Assembly (NCBI GenBank): GCA_965219085.1
Contig: OZ244720.1
Span: 2,208,001-2,272,000, forward strand
Direction of reading: 5' to 3'
DNA length: 64,000 nt
Origin: Dehalococcoidia bacterium
GTDB taxonomy: Bacteria; Chloroflexota; Dehalococcoidia; UBA2979
The notes under the pieces are model-generated. The model saw nothing but the letters and a program-made list of their open reading frames with translations, ran no database searches and was not told where the DNA came from. Made by a program: the position numbers and the translations under genes. How positions within the stretch are numbered: the stretch's first letter is position 1; each line of letters opens with the position of its first letter. Positions 48,424 to 58,394 of this stretch are shown one piece after another.

Positions 48424-48714
48424 ATGCCGCGCTACGTCGTGCTCTACCGGTTCACCGACGAGGGTCGGAAGCGACTGAAGGAGACGGTGCACCGCGCCGA
48501 GGAGATCCGCGAGCTCAACGAGGCCGCGGGCTTCGAGGTGCTCGGCCACTACTGGACGCAGGGCCACTACGACCTTGTCACGGTCGTCAACGCGCCGAGC
48601 GAGGAGGCGATGATGAACGGCGCGTTCAACATCGCCGCCACCGGCAACGTGACCAGCGAGACGCTGCGCGCGTTCACGGACGACGAGATGCAGCGCATCA
48701 TCGGCCCCGCGTAG
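48424..48714 (+). CDS. GYD domain protein
   Basis: MPRYVVLYRFTDEG...YWTQGHYDLV...GNVTSETLRAF; GGAGGAG RBS. Confidence 0.9.
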   Translation: MPRYVVLYRFTDEGRKRLKETVHRAEEIRELNEAAGFEVLGHYWTQGHYDLVTVVNAPSEEAMMNGAFNIAATGNVTSETLRAFTDDEMQRIIGPA

Positions 48715-48721
48715 GTCGTCC

Positions 48722-49801
48722 CTACCGCCGGGCGACCACCATCGCACGGCCGGGCCGGCGGCCGGCCGCGGCGCCGATCGCCGTCGTCAGCGCCTCGAAG
48801 TGCGGGGCCACGGCGTCCATGTCGCCGCGCGCGATGAGTTCGCGCGCGACGTGGCGGGCGATGTCGCCGGGGTGGGCCGTGGGGCGCACCTCGCGGAAGC
48901 CGGCTGCCTCCAGCGACGCGACGAGCCATTCCGTCGTCCACCGTCCCATCTCGACGACCGTGCATCGACGCGCCAGCGGCGCGAGGCGCTCCAGCAGCGG
49001 CACCCCAAGGTCTCGCGCAAGCGTGGGCGTGAGCAGGGTCTCGCCGTAGGCGCGGCGGCCCGTAGCTGAAGCCTCCAGCGCGCGCTGGTGCAGCGCGGCC
49101 GCATCGCCCTCGTCGGGGAGTTCGAGGGTCCAGCGCCGCTCCATGGCGGGGTGCTGGAGGCGGCGGACGTAGGTGTAGAGCCGCACGGGAGTCGCGTCGG
49201 ACCCGCCCTGGCGGGCGACGCCATCCCACAGCAGCACGCTCTCGATCTCGGGCGCGGGCAGCCGCCAGTCCTGGTACGAGGCACGCAGCACGCCGCCCTC
49301 GCGCAGCACGCGGCGCAGTTCGGCGAACACGGCCTCCGGCTCGGCCGCCTCCTCGAGCGCGGACGCCGCGGTGATGAGATCGAGCGAAGCGTCGGCGAAC
49401 GGCAGCGCCGCGGCGTCGCCGGTCACGAACGAGGCGTTCGCGAGGCCGAGCCGCGCTGCGTTCGCCGCGCACACGCGCGTCCGCCGAGCTGCAGGGTCGA
49501 CTCCGACGACCTCGACGTCCGGCAGCGCCGCGGCGACGGGCAGCGCCGGCCAGCCGTCGCCCGGCCCAACGTCGAGGACGCGACGCGTGCCCTGCGGAGC
49601 GTGCGCGACGTAGTCGGCGACGCGCGCGGCGTCGGCCCAGTGCTCCTCGCGTCGAGCGTCGTAGGGCACGTCGACGAACGGGAGCTGGCCGCCGCGCTGG
49701 CGTGGCATGAGCTCATAGAGCGCGCGGGCGGAGTCGAGGGGCTCGGGCGAGGCGTGGTCGAGCAGCCAGCGCTCGATGGCAGAGGGGTGCGCCAGGTCCA
49801 T
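48722..49801 (-). CDS. Class I SAM-dependent methyltransferase
   Basis: VLDVGPGDG, VVGVD, GDAAALPFADASLD, RVLREGG. Confidence 0.85.
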   Translation of the reverse strand: MDLAHPSAIERWLLDHASPEPLDSARALYELMPRQRGGQLPFVDVPYDARREEHWADAARVADYVAHAPQGTRRVLDVGPGDGWPALPVAAALPDVEVVGVDPAARRTRVCAANAARLGLANASFVTGDAAALPFADASLDLITAASALEEAAEPEAVFAELRRVLREGGVLRASYQDWRLPAPEIESVLLWDGVARQGGSDATPVRLYTYVRRLQHPAMERRWTLELPDEGDAAALHQRALEASATGRRAYGETLLTPTLARDLGVPLLERLAPLARRCTVVEMGRWTTEWLVASLEAAGFREVRPTAHPGDIARHVARELIARGDMDAVAPHFEALTTAIGAAAGRRPGRAMVVARR

Positions 49802-49833
49802 GTGAGGGGTCGCGCCTGGGAGCTGCGGGCGGG

Positions 49834-49947
49834 CTAGAACAGCACGCCGGTGCGGACGGACCGCTCAATGGCGTAGACGACGAGCAGGCCGACGGCGATG
49901 ACGATCCACTTCCAGTGGAAGCGGCCGGGGTCTTCGAGGAGGTTCAT
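49834..49947 (-). CDS. Small (37 aa) single-TM protein
   Basis: MNLLEDPGRFHWKWIVIAVGLLVVYAIERSVRTGVLF; TACGCT box 6 nt before ATG. Confidence 0.5.
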   Translation of the reverse strand: MNLLEDPGRFHWKWIVIAVGLLVVYAIERSVRTGVLF

Positions 49948-49996
49948 CGGGGTAGCGTACGGAGTCCGCGCCGTGGCGTCATGCACTGCACGGCTG

Positions 49997-50416
49997 TCAG
50001 GCGGGCTCCCACGGGTTGACCACCTCGATGTCGAGGGCTTCGAAGTCCTGGACGTTGCGGGTGGCGACCGCAAGGTCGTTCGCCTTCGCAGTGCCGGCGA
50101 TGAGTGCGTCACCGAGGTCGATCACACGGCCGGACATGCGGGCATCGGCACGGAATCGGGCAGCCCACTCCGCACCTGCCCGGTCGAGTGAGAGGATTCG
50201 CTCACCGTACTGGGCAAGGATGCGCTCGTGAGCCTCAATGAGCCGATCGCGCCTCTGGCCGGGAGGGAGCAGCCGGAGTCCGAATTCAAGCTCATGTATG
50301 ACCACCGACGGTAGCCACGCGTCGTCGGATTGAGTGAGGAACGCTACAACCCGAGCGTCCGGGAGTTCACGTGTCGTCTCTGAGACAACGTTGGTGTCGA
50401 GGACGTAGCCGCTCAT
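49997..50416 (-). CDS. vapC: VapC PIN-domain toxin
   Basis: YVLDTNVVSE, ELEFG, DALIAGTA, ATRNVQDF. Confidence 0.92.
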   Translation of the reverse strand: MSGYVLDTNVVSETTRELPDARVVAFLTQSDDAWLPSVVIHELEFGLRLLPPGQRRDRLIEAHERILAQYGERILSLDRAGAEWAARFRADARMSGRVIDLGDALIAGTAKANDLAVATRNVQDFEALDIEVVNPWEPA

Positions 50417-50700
50417 TCGTCATCATCGTCGACGAACGGGATGGGCCTATTGGAGTGGCGCTCCCGCGGGATTTCGAGGTTCGTGCCCCGAGGCATGTTC
50501 TCGACGAGCCACCGCCCCAATGGGATCTTTGGTTCCTCTTCGCGATCCAGCCACACTCGTTCCGGTACGACGACGAACGAGTTGCGGACGCCGATACGTT
50601 GCGGTCCCTCCTCCTCGGCGAGCCGCAGGATCTCGGACAGTCGCGCCTTGGCCTCGGCGACTGTCCAGGCGGGGCGCGGTTCCGTGCGTTCAGTCGTCAT
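50413..50700 (-). CDS. Phd/YefM-type antitoxin
   Basis: WTVAEAKARLSEILRLAEEEGPQRI; overlaps vapC start. Confidence 0.88.
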   Translation of the reverse strand: MTTERTEPRPAWTVAEAKARLSEILRLAEEEGPQRIGVRNSFVVVPERVWLDREEEPKIPLGRWLVENMPRGTNLEIPRERHSNRPIPFVDDDDE

Positions 50701-50711
50701 CGTCTCTCCAC

Positions 50712-50741
50712 CTAGACTAGTGCGCACTAGTCTAGACTAGT
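50712..50741. promoter_or_regulatory. Overlapping palindromic operators of the phd-vapC operon
   Basis: Perfect 24-bp CTAGACTAGTGCGCACTAGTCTAG plus 16-bp ACTAGTCTAGACTAGT just upstream of the antitoxin. Confidence 0.7.
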
Positions 50742-50842
50742 CCATGTTCGGAGACCAGCCGCCGACATGTGAAGGCGCGATGCCGATCCATCGGGTTCGC
50801 CACGGCCCTCCCGCCGACCGCGTAGAATCCGGCGGGCCACCA

Positions 50843-53350
50843 ATGACCACACTCATGCCGCTGGACGACGTGCGCGTGATCGACCTGACGCAACACGCGG
50901 CGGGCCCGTTCTGCACGCGCGTCCTCGCCGACTCCGGCGCCGAGGTGATCAAGGTCGAGCGGCCCGGCGGCGACCCCGCGCGGGCGCTGCCCCCGTTCTT
51001 CGGCGACGTGCCCGGGCTCGACCGCTCCGGCATGTTCCTGTTCCTCAACACCAACAAGCACAGCGTCATCCTCGACCTCCGCACGGACGAGGGCCGCGAG
51101 CGCCTGCTCGACCTCGTCGCGACGGCCGACGTGCTCGTCGAGAACTACCGGCCCGGCGTCATGGAGCGGCTCGGGCTCGGCTACGAGGTGCTGCGCGAGG
51201 TGCAGCCGAAGCTCGTCATGACCTCGATCACCAACTTCGGGCAGACCGGCCCGTACCGCGACTTCGAGGGCACCGACCTGACGCTCTACGCCATGGGCGG
51301 GCCGATGGCGAGCTCCGGCAACGCCGACCACTACCCGCTCAAGACCGCCGGACGCGTGACCCTCTACCACGCCGGATACTCCGGCGCGCTCGCCACGGCC
51401 GTCGCGCTGCGCGCCGCCGAGGCGACCGGCCACGGCGAACACCTCGACGTGAGCGTCTATGAGACGGCGGCGCACTCCATCGACATGCGGCTCTCCAGGC
51501 TGATCGGGTACCAGTACGCGGGACGCGTCCTCGGCCGTATGCCGCTCGGATGGTCCGTCGGCGCCGGAACGCTCCCCTCCAGGGACGGCTTCTACATGAT
51601 GGGCGGCAGCGCCGACCGGCTGGATCGCACACTGCGCATGATCGGCCGCGAAGACCTCCTCGACACCGAGGAGTGGGGCACACTCGCGGAGCGCTCGAAA
51701 CCGGGGCGCTACGAGCAGTTCATGGACTACCTGCTGCCGTGGATGGCCGAGCGCACGAAGCGCGAGATCCGCGACATCTCGCAGGAGTTCGGCGTGATGG
51801 GCGGACCGATCAACACCATCGCAGACCTGCTCGAAGACGAGAACTTCACGTACCGGCGCTTCTTCCAGACCATCGACCACCCCGAAACCGGGCCGATCCA
51901 GTACCCCGGCTACCACCACACGCTCTACCGCGAGGACGAACCGATGCCGAAGCGGCGTCGCGCACCACGCCTCGGCGAGCACACTCGCGAGGTCCTCGAC
52001 GGGCTGCCCGGACGGCAGGCACGGACGGGCTCGCCACCACCGGCGCGGCGCGAGCGGCTGCCGCTGGAGGGCGTGCGCATCATCGATTTCACGGTGGTGT
52101 TCGCCGGCCCGTACTCGACGATGCACCTCGCCGAGTGGGGCGCCGAGGTGATCCGCGTCGAGTCACTCCAGCACTTCGCCTCGAACACGCGCGGCACAGT
52201 CGCCCGCCCGCCCGCCTCGCTGGTCGAGGCGCAGTCGAACATTGCGGCGCCGTACCCGGACAACGAGCCGGGAGAGCGGCCGTGGAACCGCGCCGGCACC
52301 TTCAACCACCACGCCCGCAACAAGCTCTCGATGACCCTCGACCTCACCCGCCCCGAAGGGCAGGAGGTCCTGCACCGGCTCGTCGAGGTCTCGGACGGGC
52401 TGATGGAGAACAACCTGCCGCCCAACATCGAGAAGCACGGCGTCAGCTGGGAGCAGCTCGGGCGGGTGAACCCGCGCCTCGTAATGGTGCGCATCCCGGC
52501 ATTCGGCGTCGAGGGTCCGTACCGCGGCTACCGCACGTTCGGGAACCACATGGAGGCGCTCACCGGCCACCCGGCGATCCGCTCGTACCCGGAGCTGAGC
52601 TACGAGTACGCCCCGACGGGTGTGCCCTCGGACGCTGCGTCCGGGGTGGGCTCCGCCTACGCGTTCCTGATGGGGCTGCGCTACCGCGAGCGCACCGGCA
52701 AGGGGCTGTTCGTCGAGCTCGCGACAGCGGAGAACTTCGTGCCGCTGCTCGGCGAGTTCGTCATGGACTACACGATGAACGGGCGGCTCTGGGAGAAGAT
52801 GGGCAACGACCACTTCTGGCTGGCCCCGCACAACGTCTACCCCGCGCATGGCCTCGACTGCTGGGTCACCATCGCCGTGCGTAACGAGGAGGCCTGGCGA
52901 CGACTCTGCGATGCGATGCGCCGCGAGGACCTCGTCGACGACCCGCGCTTCCGCGACATGGCGAGCCGGCACGCGAACCGCGGCGAACTCGACGCGATCA
53001 TCGCCGAGTGGACGTCGATCCGCGATGCGCGATGGGTGATGCATCGCCTCCAGTACCAGGGCGTCCCGGCGGGTGCCGTGATGAACGACGCCGACGCCTA
53101 CGAGGACCGACACCACGAGGCGCGAGGCTTCTTCCAGACCATATCCACGCCGGAGGCCGGGACGCATCGGTACGTTGGGCGGGCCTGGAAGGCGAGCGCT
53201 ACGCCGGAGCCACCCGCGCGTCACGCGCCGCTCCTCGGCGAGCACAACGAGTACGTCTACCGCGAGGTGCTGGGCTTCAGCGAGGCGGAGTACCGGCGCT
53301 TCGAGGAGCTCGGCCACATCGGCACGGAGTACGACCCGAGCGTGCGCTGA
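50843..53350 (+). CDS. Fused two-domain class III CoA transferase (paralogue of 12015-14528)
   Basis: Same two-domain architecture with extensive identity to the first copy. Confidence 0.9.
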   Translation: MTTLMPLDDVRVIDLTQHAAGPFCTRVLADSGAEVIKVERPGGDPARALPPFFGDVPGLDRSGMFLFLNTNKHSVILDLRTDEGRERLLDLVATADVLVENYRPGVMERLGLGYEVLREVQPKLVMTSITNFGQTGPYRDFEGTDLTLYAMGGPMASSGNADHYPLKTAGRVTLYHAGYSGALATAVALRAAEATGHGEHLDVSVYETAAHSIDMRLSRLIGYQYAGRVLGRMPLGWSVGAGTLPSRDGFYMMGGSADRLDRTLRMIGREDLLDTEEWGTLAERSKPGRYEQFMDYLLPWMAERTKREIRDISQEFGVMGGPINTIADLLEDENFTYRRFFQTIDHPETGPIQYPGYHHTLYREDEPMPKRRRAPRLGEHTREVLDGLPGRQARTGSPPPARRERLPLEGVRIIDFTVVFAGPYSTMHLAEWGAEVIRVESLQHFASNTRGTVARPPASLVEAQSNIAAPYPDNEPGERPWNRAGTFNHHARNKLSMTLDLTRPEGQEVLHRLVEVSDGLMENNLPPNIEKHGVSWEQLGRVNPRLVMVRIPAFGVEGPYRGYRTFGNHMEALTGHPAIRSYPELSYEYAPTGVPSDAASGVGSAYAFLMGLRYRERTGKGLFVELATAENFVPLLGEFVMDYTMNGRLWEKMGNDHFWLAPHNVYPAHGLDCWVTIAVRNEEAWRRLCDAMRREDLVDDPRFRDMASRHANRGELDAIIAEWTSIRDARWVMHRLQYQGVPAGAVMNDADAYEDRHHEARGFFQTISTPEAGTHRYVGRAWKASATPEPPARHAPLLGEHNEYVYREVLGFSEAEYRRFEELGHIGTEYDPSVR

Positions 53351-53496
53351 GCCCACGTCGAGGGGTCGGCAAGGACGCCAGATTCCAGCGCGAGCGGCCT
53401 CGAAATACATCCCGTTACGAACGTAACGGATAGAGAATTCAGGTACCCTGCGCATGCGGTGGGCACGGTTCCGCTCCCACGGTGCCCATAGACAGG

Positions 53497-53805
53497 ATGC
53501 ACACGCACGTGGCTCGGATCATTCCACAGGAAGAGCTCGAAGAACTTCTCGAGCCCTTCGGGGGCATCGAGAGCGCGATGGAGGGCTTGCGCGAGTCCGA
53601 GGCCAACCGGCGGCACCTTGAAGCGCACCGTGAAGAGTTGGAGCAGCAGTATCCGGACGAGTGGATCGGAATGCTGCATCAGCGTGTCGTTGCGCACGGG
53701 GATAACGCCCAGGAGGTTCGGCAGGCCGTCGTCGACGCTGGGGGAGACCCGCACAGTGTGTTCCTGGAACACTTGACGACCGAAGAACAGACCTGGTTGC
53801 TGTAG
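53497..53805 (+). CDS. DUF5678-like small protein
   Basis: HREELEQQYPDEWIG.....VVAHG motif; start uncertain. Confidence 0.65.
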   Translation: MHTHVARIIPQEELEELLEPFGGIESAMEGLRESEANRRHLEAHREELEQQYPDEWIGMLHQRVVAHGDNAQEVRQAVVDAGGDPHSVFLEHLTTEEQTWLL

Positions 53806-53864
53806 GCTTCCGTGCCACACGTTATTTCCAGGGGACCCGGAGGCGGCCCTACATTCGCGCGAGG

Positions 53865-54248
53865 GTGATACTGCCCGGTCTCGGTGTCGCCGGCGAGGTT
53901 CAGCTTCTCGTGGACACAGGTGCAGACACGACGACGATCCACTGGGGCGACCGGCACTTTCTGACCACTCGGGAGGGCGCTCCGTTGGCTCCCGACACGG
54001 TGCTCCTCGAACGCGCTCATGCTCTCGGGATCGCCAGCACGCCAGTCGAATACGGGCGCGAGGATGCGGTGCTCATGTTCACGACCGAGGACGGCACGCC
54101 GTGGGTCTGCGACGCGCGCGTGCACATCGAGCTCACTCCATCGGCTACCGACGTGCCCTCGCTGCTCGGGCGCGACGTACTGAGTGAGGCGCGGTTGGAC
54201 TTCAACATGCCCGCCGACGGCCTCGTCCTCGACTGGGCCCTCGCGTAG
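53865..54248 (+). CDS. Retropepsin-like aspartyl protease (true start may be upstream)
   Basis: LLVDTGADTT and SLLGRDVL; in-frame upstream codons YFQGTRRRPYIRAR look like part of the protein. Confidence 0.7.
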   Translation: MILPGLGVAGEVQLLVDTGADTTTIHWGDRHFLTTREGAPLAPDTVLLERAHALGIASTPVEYGREDAVLMFTTEDGTPWVCDARVHIELTPSATDVPSLLGRDVLSEARLDFNMPADGLVLDWALA

Positions 54249-54282
54249 CGGCCGGTCGCACTCAGTTCAGGGCGGTGGGCCC

Positions 54283-55422
54283 TCAGCCCAGCAGGTCCGC
54301 GACGAGGTTCGCGAGCGGAATGGCGCAGGTCAGACCGGGCGACTCGATGCCGCCGAGGTGGACGTAACCAGCGTCGTGCCAGACGAGGAAGTCGGCCTGC
54401 GGCTCGCCCGCGTCGTGGAGCTTCGGGCGGTAGCCGACCTGGCCGGGGGCCAGGTCCTCGTCGGTCAGCGCCGGCAGGAGGCGTTGGCCGGCCGCGAGGA
54501 ACGCGGCGCGCGCCGCGTCGTCGTTGCGGTAGTCGAGCGCCGTGTCATCGTCGAGCCACGTCGCGTCGGGGCCGAGGTGCAGTGCGCCATCGGTGTCGAT
54601 GGTGAGGTGCACGCCGAGCGCCGCGCCCGCGTGGTCGGGCAGCGGGTAGATGAGCCGCGTCACGGCTTGCGCGAAGCCGGGGCCGACGACGTCGTAGTAG
54701 CGGCCGCGGCTCGCCGTCTGGCGCAGCCGGGGCGCCTCGCCCTCGCCGTCGAGGGGGTAGCCGAGCGCGTCCGCGATGTGCGGCGCGCCGTGGCCCGCGG
54801 CGTTGACGAGCGCCGCGGTGCGCAACTCGGAACGCTGCCCGTCGGCGTCACGCAGTTCGAGGCGGAAGGCCGCGCCGTCGCGCGACGCGGCCAGTACCTC
54901 GTGCTGGTAGGCGAAGAGCGCGCCGCCCTCGATCGCTGCCCCCTCGAACGAGCGCACGAGCCCGGCCTGATCGACGACGCCCGTGCTTGCGGAGAGCAGC
55001 GCGCCGGCAGCCGGGACGGCCGGTTCCAACGCGCGTGCCTCGGCGCCCGTGAGCCGCGAGATGCCCGGCACCCCGTTCGCGCCGGCCTGCTCCACGACGG
55101 CGTCGAGGCCGTCGAGATCGTCTCCGGCGAGCGCGACGATGAGCTTGCCGCAGCGGCGATGCACGACGTTGCGCTGCTCGCACCACTCGTACAGCAGCGC
55201 GTTGCCCTCGATGCATGCGCGGTGCTTGAGCGAGCCGGTCGGGTAGTAGATCCCGGCGTGGATCACGCCGCTGTTGTGGGAGCTCGTCTCGCGCCCGCTG
55301 CCCTCGTGGCGCTCGACGACGAGGACCGAGTGGTCGGGGGCGAGCGTGGCGGCGACGGCCGTGCCGAGGGCGCCCGCGCCGATGACGGCGACTTCGACGT
55401 CGTAGCCGGGCTGCCTGGTCAT
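54283..55422 (-). CDS. FAD-dependent oxidoreductase, L-2-hydroxyglutarate oxidase family
   Basis: IGAGALG, ETSSHNSGVIHAGIYY, LGVHLT, GIESPGLT. Confidence 0.88.
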   Translation of the reverse strand: MTRQPGYDVEVAVIGAGALGTAVAATLAPDHSVLVVERHEGSGRETSSHNSGVIHAGIYYPTGSLKHRACIEGNALLYEWCEQRNVVHRRCGKLIVALAGDDLDGLDAVVEQAGANGVPGISRLTGAEARALEPAVPAAGALLSASTGVVDQAGLVRSFEGAAIEGGALFAYQHEVLAASRDGAAFRLELRDADGQRSELRTAALVNAAGHGAPHIADALGYPLDGEGEAPRLRQTASRGRYYDVVGPGFAQAVTRLIYPLPDHAGAALGVHLTIDTDGALHLGPDATWLDDDTALDYRNDDAARAAFLAAGQRLLPALTDEDLAPGQVGYRPKLHDAGEPQADFLVWHDAGYVHLGGIESPGLTCAIPLANLVADLLG

Positions 55423-55602
55423 CGCGCACCTCGCGGCACGAGTGTACGGCCCGGCGGGGCCCGTCGGCGCGGCCCGGATCTGCGATGCGTCGCGCGCACA
55501 TCGCGGGAGCGACGGTGCAAGCGTCGATTGGTGCGCAGCTTTGGCAAGAAATCGACGTACGGCGGGGGCGCGTTGCCCGGAATGCTGTTACGATACGACA
55601 CC

Positions 55603-55618
55603 GTTAGCCGAGGCTAAC
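55603..55618. promoter_or_regulatory. Putative DtxR/SirR-family metal-responsive operator
   Basis: GTTAGCC-GA-GGCTAAC (TTAG-N6-CTAA) just downstream of extended -10 TGTTACGAT (55586-55594), ahead of the iron permease. Confidence 0.55.
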
Positions 55619-55665
55619 ATCCCACGTATGCTGCCACGCGCCCCGGGACCCTACGAGGAGCGTCG

Positions 55666-57294
55666 ATGACTGTTCGTGAAGCCGCGCTGCCGCTGCGGCG
55701 CGCCATGCGCGCGCGGCTGCCCGGTGAACGAGGCCCCTCCGCCGCCCTGTGGATACCCGCCATCCTGGTGGGGATCGCGTGCGTCATCCCGCCCGCCTAC
55801 CTGCTCGTGCGGGCCGGACAGTCGCCCGAGGCGGCGTGGGACGCGCTGCTGGCCGGCTCGACGCTGCGGCTGGTGTGGAACACCGCTGCGCTCGCCTTCG
55901 CCGCCACGGCCCTCGCCGCCGCGCTCGCACTCCCGATCGCATGGCTCACGGTGCGCACGGACTTGCCGGCGAGGCGGCTGATGGCCGTGCTCGCCGCGCT
56001 GCCGCTCGCGATCCCCTCGTACATCGCGGCGTGGCTCGCGGTGTCCGCGTTCGGGCCGCGCGGGCTGTTGCAGGACGCGCTGGCGCCCCTCGGCGTCGAG
56101 CGACTGCCGTCGATCTACGGCTTCTGGGGCGCGACGGCCGTGATCGCGCTGTGCACGTACCCGTACCTGCTGCTCACCCTGCGCCCGGCCATCGCCGGGC
56201 TCGACCCGCGGCTCGAGGAGCTCTCGCGCGGGTTCGGTCATGGGCGCATCCACACGTTCCGCTACGTGGTGCTGCCGCAGCTGCGGCCCGCCCTCGCCGC
56301 GGGCGGGCTGCTTGTCGCGCTGTACGCGATCTCCGACTTCGGCGCGGTCGCGCTGCTGCGCTACGACTCGCTCACGCGTGCGCTCTTCGTGCGCTACGAG
56401 GCCGGCTTCGACCTCAGTGGCGCCGCGGCGCTCGCGCTCGTGCTCGTGAGTCTCGCGCTCACGCTCGTCGTGTTCGAGATGTGGACGCGTGGGCGCACGC
56501 GCTACCACGCGGCCCACGGCGCCGGGCGGGCCGCCCGCACGGCGAGGCCCCACGGGCTGGGGCGCTGGCGCTGGCCGGCATTCGCGTTTGTCGCCGGGGT
56601 GCTGACGCTCGCGCTGGCGATGCCCGTCGCGCTGCTCGGCTACTGGCTCGTACGAGGGCTCTCAGCCGGTGAGGCAGTGCGAGGCGTCGTGATCGCGGCG
56701 ATGGACTCGCTGCTCGCCTCGGGGCTGGCAGCGGCGGCAGCGGCGCTCGCCGCCTTCCCGATCGCGATGCTCGCGTCGCGCCACCGCGGCTTTGCGCTCA
56801 CGCGGCCGCTGGAGGCGCTGAGCTACACCGGCTTCGCGCTGCCGGGGCTCGTCGTGGCGCTCGCGCTGGTGTTCGCCGCACTGGGTACGGGGCTGCTCTA
56901 CCAGTCGCTGACGCTGCTCGTGCTCGCGTACGCGCTGCTGTTCCTCCCGCAGGCAGTGGGCGCGACGCGCGTCTCGATGCTGCAGTTGCGCCCCTCGATG
57001 GAGGAGGCAGCGCGCGGGCTCGGGCGACGGCCGTGGGAGGTGCTGCACTCGATCACGCTGCCGCTGACGGCTCGCGGCATCCTCGCGGGGTCCGTGCTCG
57101 TCTTCCTCACGGCGATGAAGGAGCTGCCCGCCACGCTGCTGCTGAGCCCGATCGGGTTCGAAACGCTCGCGGCCCGTGTGTGGACGGCGTCGAGCGAGGC
57201 GTTCTTCGCGCAGGCGGCGCTGCCCGCGCTCGCGCTGATCGCGCTCTCCGCGCTCCCGCTCGCCGTGCTCGCCGTGACGAGACGCGATGCCTGA
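55666..57294 (+). CDS. Iron(III) ABC transporter permease (FbpB-like)
   Basis: RTDLP, LPLAIPSYI, LYAISDFG, EEAARGLG, MKELPATLLL.P.GFETLA. Confidence 0.88.
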   Translation: MTVREAALPLRRAMRARLPGERGPSAALWIPAILVGIACVIPPAYLLVRAGQSPEAAWDALLAGSTLRLVWNTAALAFAATALAAALALPIAWLTVRTDLPARRLMAVLAALPLAIPSYIAAWLAVSAFGPRGLLQDALAPLGVERLPSIYGFWGATAVIALCTYPYLLLTLRPAIAGLDPRLEELSRGFGHGRIHTFRYVVLPQLRPALAAGGLLVALYAISDFGAVALLRYDSLTRALFVRYEAGFDLSGAAALALVLVSLALTLVVFEMWTRGRTRYHAAHGAGRAARTARPHGLGRWRWPAFAFVAGVLTLALAMPVALLGYWLVRGLSAGEAVRGVVIAAMDSLLASGLAAAAAALAAFPIAMLASRHRGFALTRPLEALSYTGFALPGLVVALALVFAALGTGLLYQSLTLLVLAYALLFLPQAVGATRVSMLQLRPSMEEAARGLGRRPWEVLHSITLPLTARGILAGSVLVFLTAMKELPATLLLSPIGFETLAARVWTASSEAFFAQAALPALALIALSALPLAVLAVTRRDA

Positions 57295-58345
57295 CGGCCC
57301 GCCCGCGCTGCGCGCCGCCGGGCTCTCGCGTCACTACGGCAGTGTCACGGCCGTCGACGACTTCAGCCTCGAGGTCGAGGCCGGCGAGTTCTGCGCCATC
57401 CTCGGGCCAAGCGGATCGGGGAAGACCACCGCGCTGCGGCTGATCGCGGGCTTCGAGCGGCCCGACGGCGGCACGCTCGAGCTGTTCGGGGAGCCCGCCG
57501 CGGGCGGCTCGACGTTTGTGCCGCCCGACCGCCGCGACGTCGGGATGGTGTTCCAGGACTACGCGCTGTTCCCGCACATGAACGTCGCGGAGAACGTCGC
57601 GTACGGCCTGCGCGGCGGCGTCCGCAGCGGCCGCGAGCGTCGCGAGCGCGTGAGCGAGGTCCTCGACCTCACGGGCCTCACCGGCCTCGCGGAGCGCAGC
57701 GTGCACGAGCTGTCGGGCGGCGAACAGCAGCGCGCCGCGCTCGCGCGCGCGCTCGCGCCCGGCCCACGCATGTTGCTGCTCGACGAGCCGTTCTCGAACC
57801 TCGACGCGAGCCTGCGCGAGCGGCTGCGCCTCGAGGTGCGCGAGATCGTGCGGCGCGCGGGTGCGACGGCGATCCTCGTCACGCACGAGCAGGAGGAGGC
57901 GCTGTCGCTGGCCGACCGCGTCGCGTTCATGTGGCAGGGGCGCATCGAGCAGAGCGGGACGCCCGAGGCGATCTACCGCGAGCCGCGCACCCTGCACATC
58001 GCGACGAGCATCGGCGACGCGATCGTGCTGTCGGCGCCCGTTCGCGACGGGCGCGTGCGGAGTCCGTTCGGCGAGCATCCGGCGCCCGCGGACGCCGCCG
58101 AATGCGCCGTCGTGATCCGGCCCGAGGACGTGGTGATCAGCCCGGCGGGCGAGCCGGGCGTGCCCGGCGAGGTGCTGGGCCGCACCTTCTACGGCCACGA
58201 CCAGATGCTGCGCGTGCGCACCGATGCCGGAGACGAGCTACAGGTGCGCGTCGGCTCCGACGAGGCGTACGAGCGCCTCGGCAGCGTCGCGCTGAGCCTG
58301 CGGCGGGAGCCGCGAGTCTTCGCGCGGGACCTCGACGCCGGGTAG
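57287..58345 (+). CDS. ABC transporter ATP-binding protein (FbpC-like, TOBE tail)
   Basis: GPSGSGKTT, FQDYALFPH, LSGGEQQR, LLLDEPFSNLD. Confidence 0.92.
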   Translation: MPDGPPALRAAGLSRHYGSVTAVDDFSLEVEAGEFCAILGPSGSGKTTALRLIAGFERPDGGTLELFGEPAAGGSTFVPPDRRDVGMVFQDYALFPHMNVAENVAYGLRGGVRSGRERRERVSEVLDLTGLTGLAERSVHELSGGEQQRAALARALAPGPRMLLLDEPFSNLDASLRERLRLEVREIVRRAGATAILVTHEQEEALSLADRVAFMWQGRIEQSGTPEAIYREPRTLHIATSIGDAIVLSAPVRDGRVRSPFGEHPAPADAAECAVVIRPEDVVISPAGEPGVPGEVLGRTFYGHDQMLRVRTDAGDELQVRVGSDEAYERLGSVALSLRREPRVFARDLDAG

Positions 58346-58394
58346 CTCCGCCCTCCCCGTTTGACGCGCAGCGTGGAGCGCCGACAATACCGCC

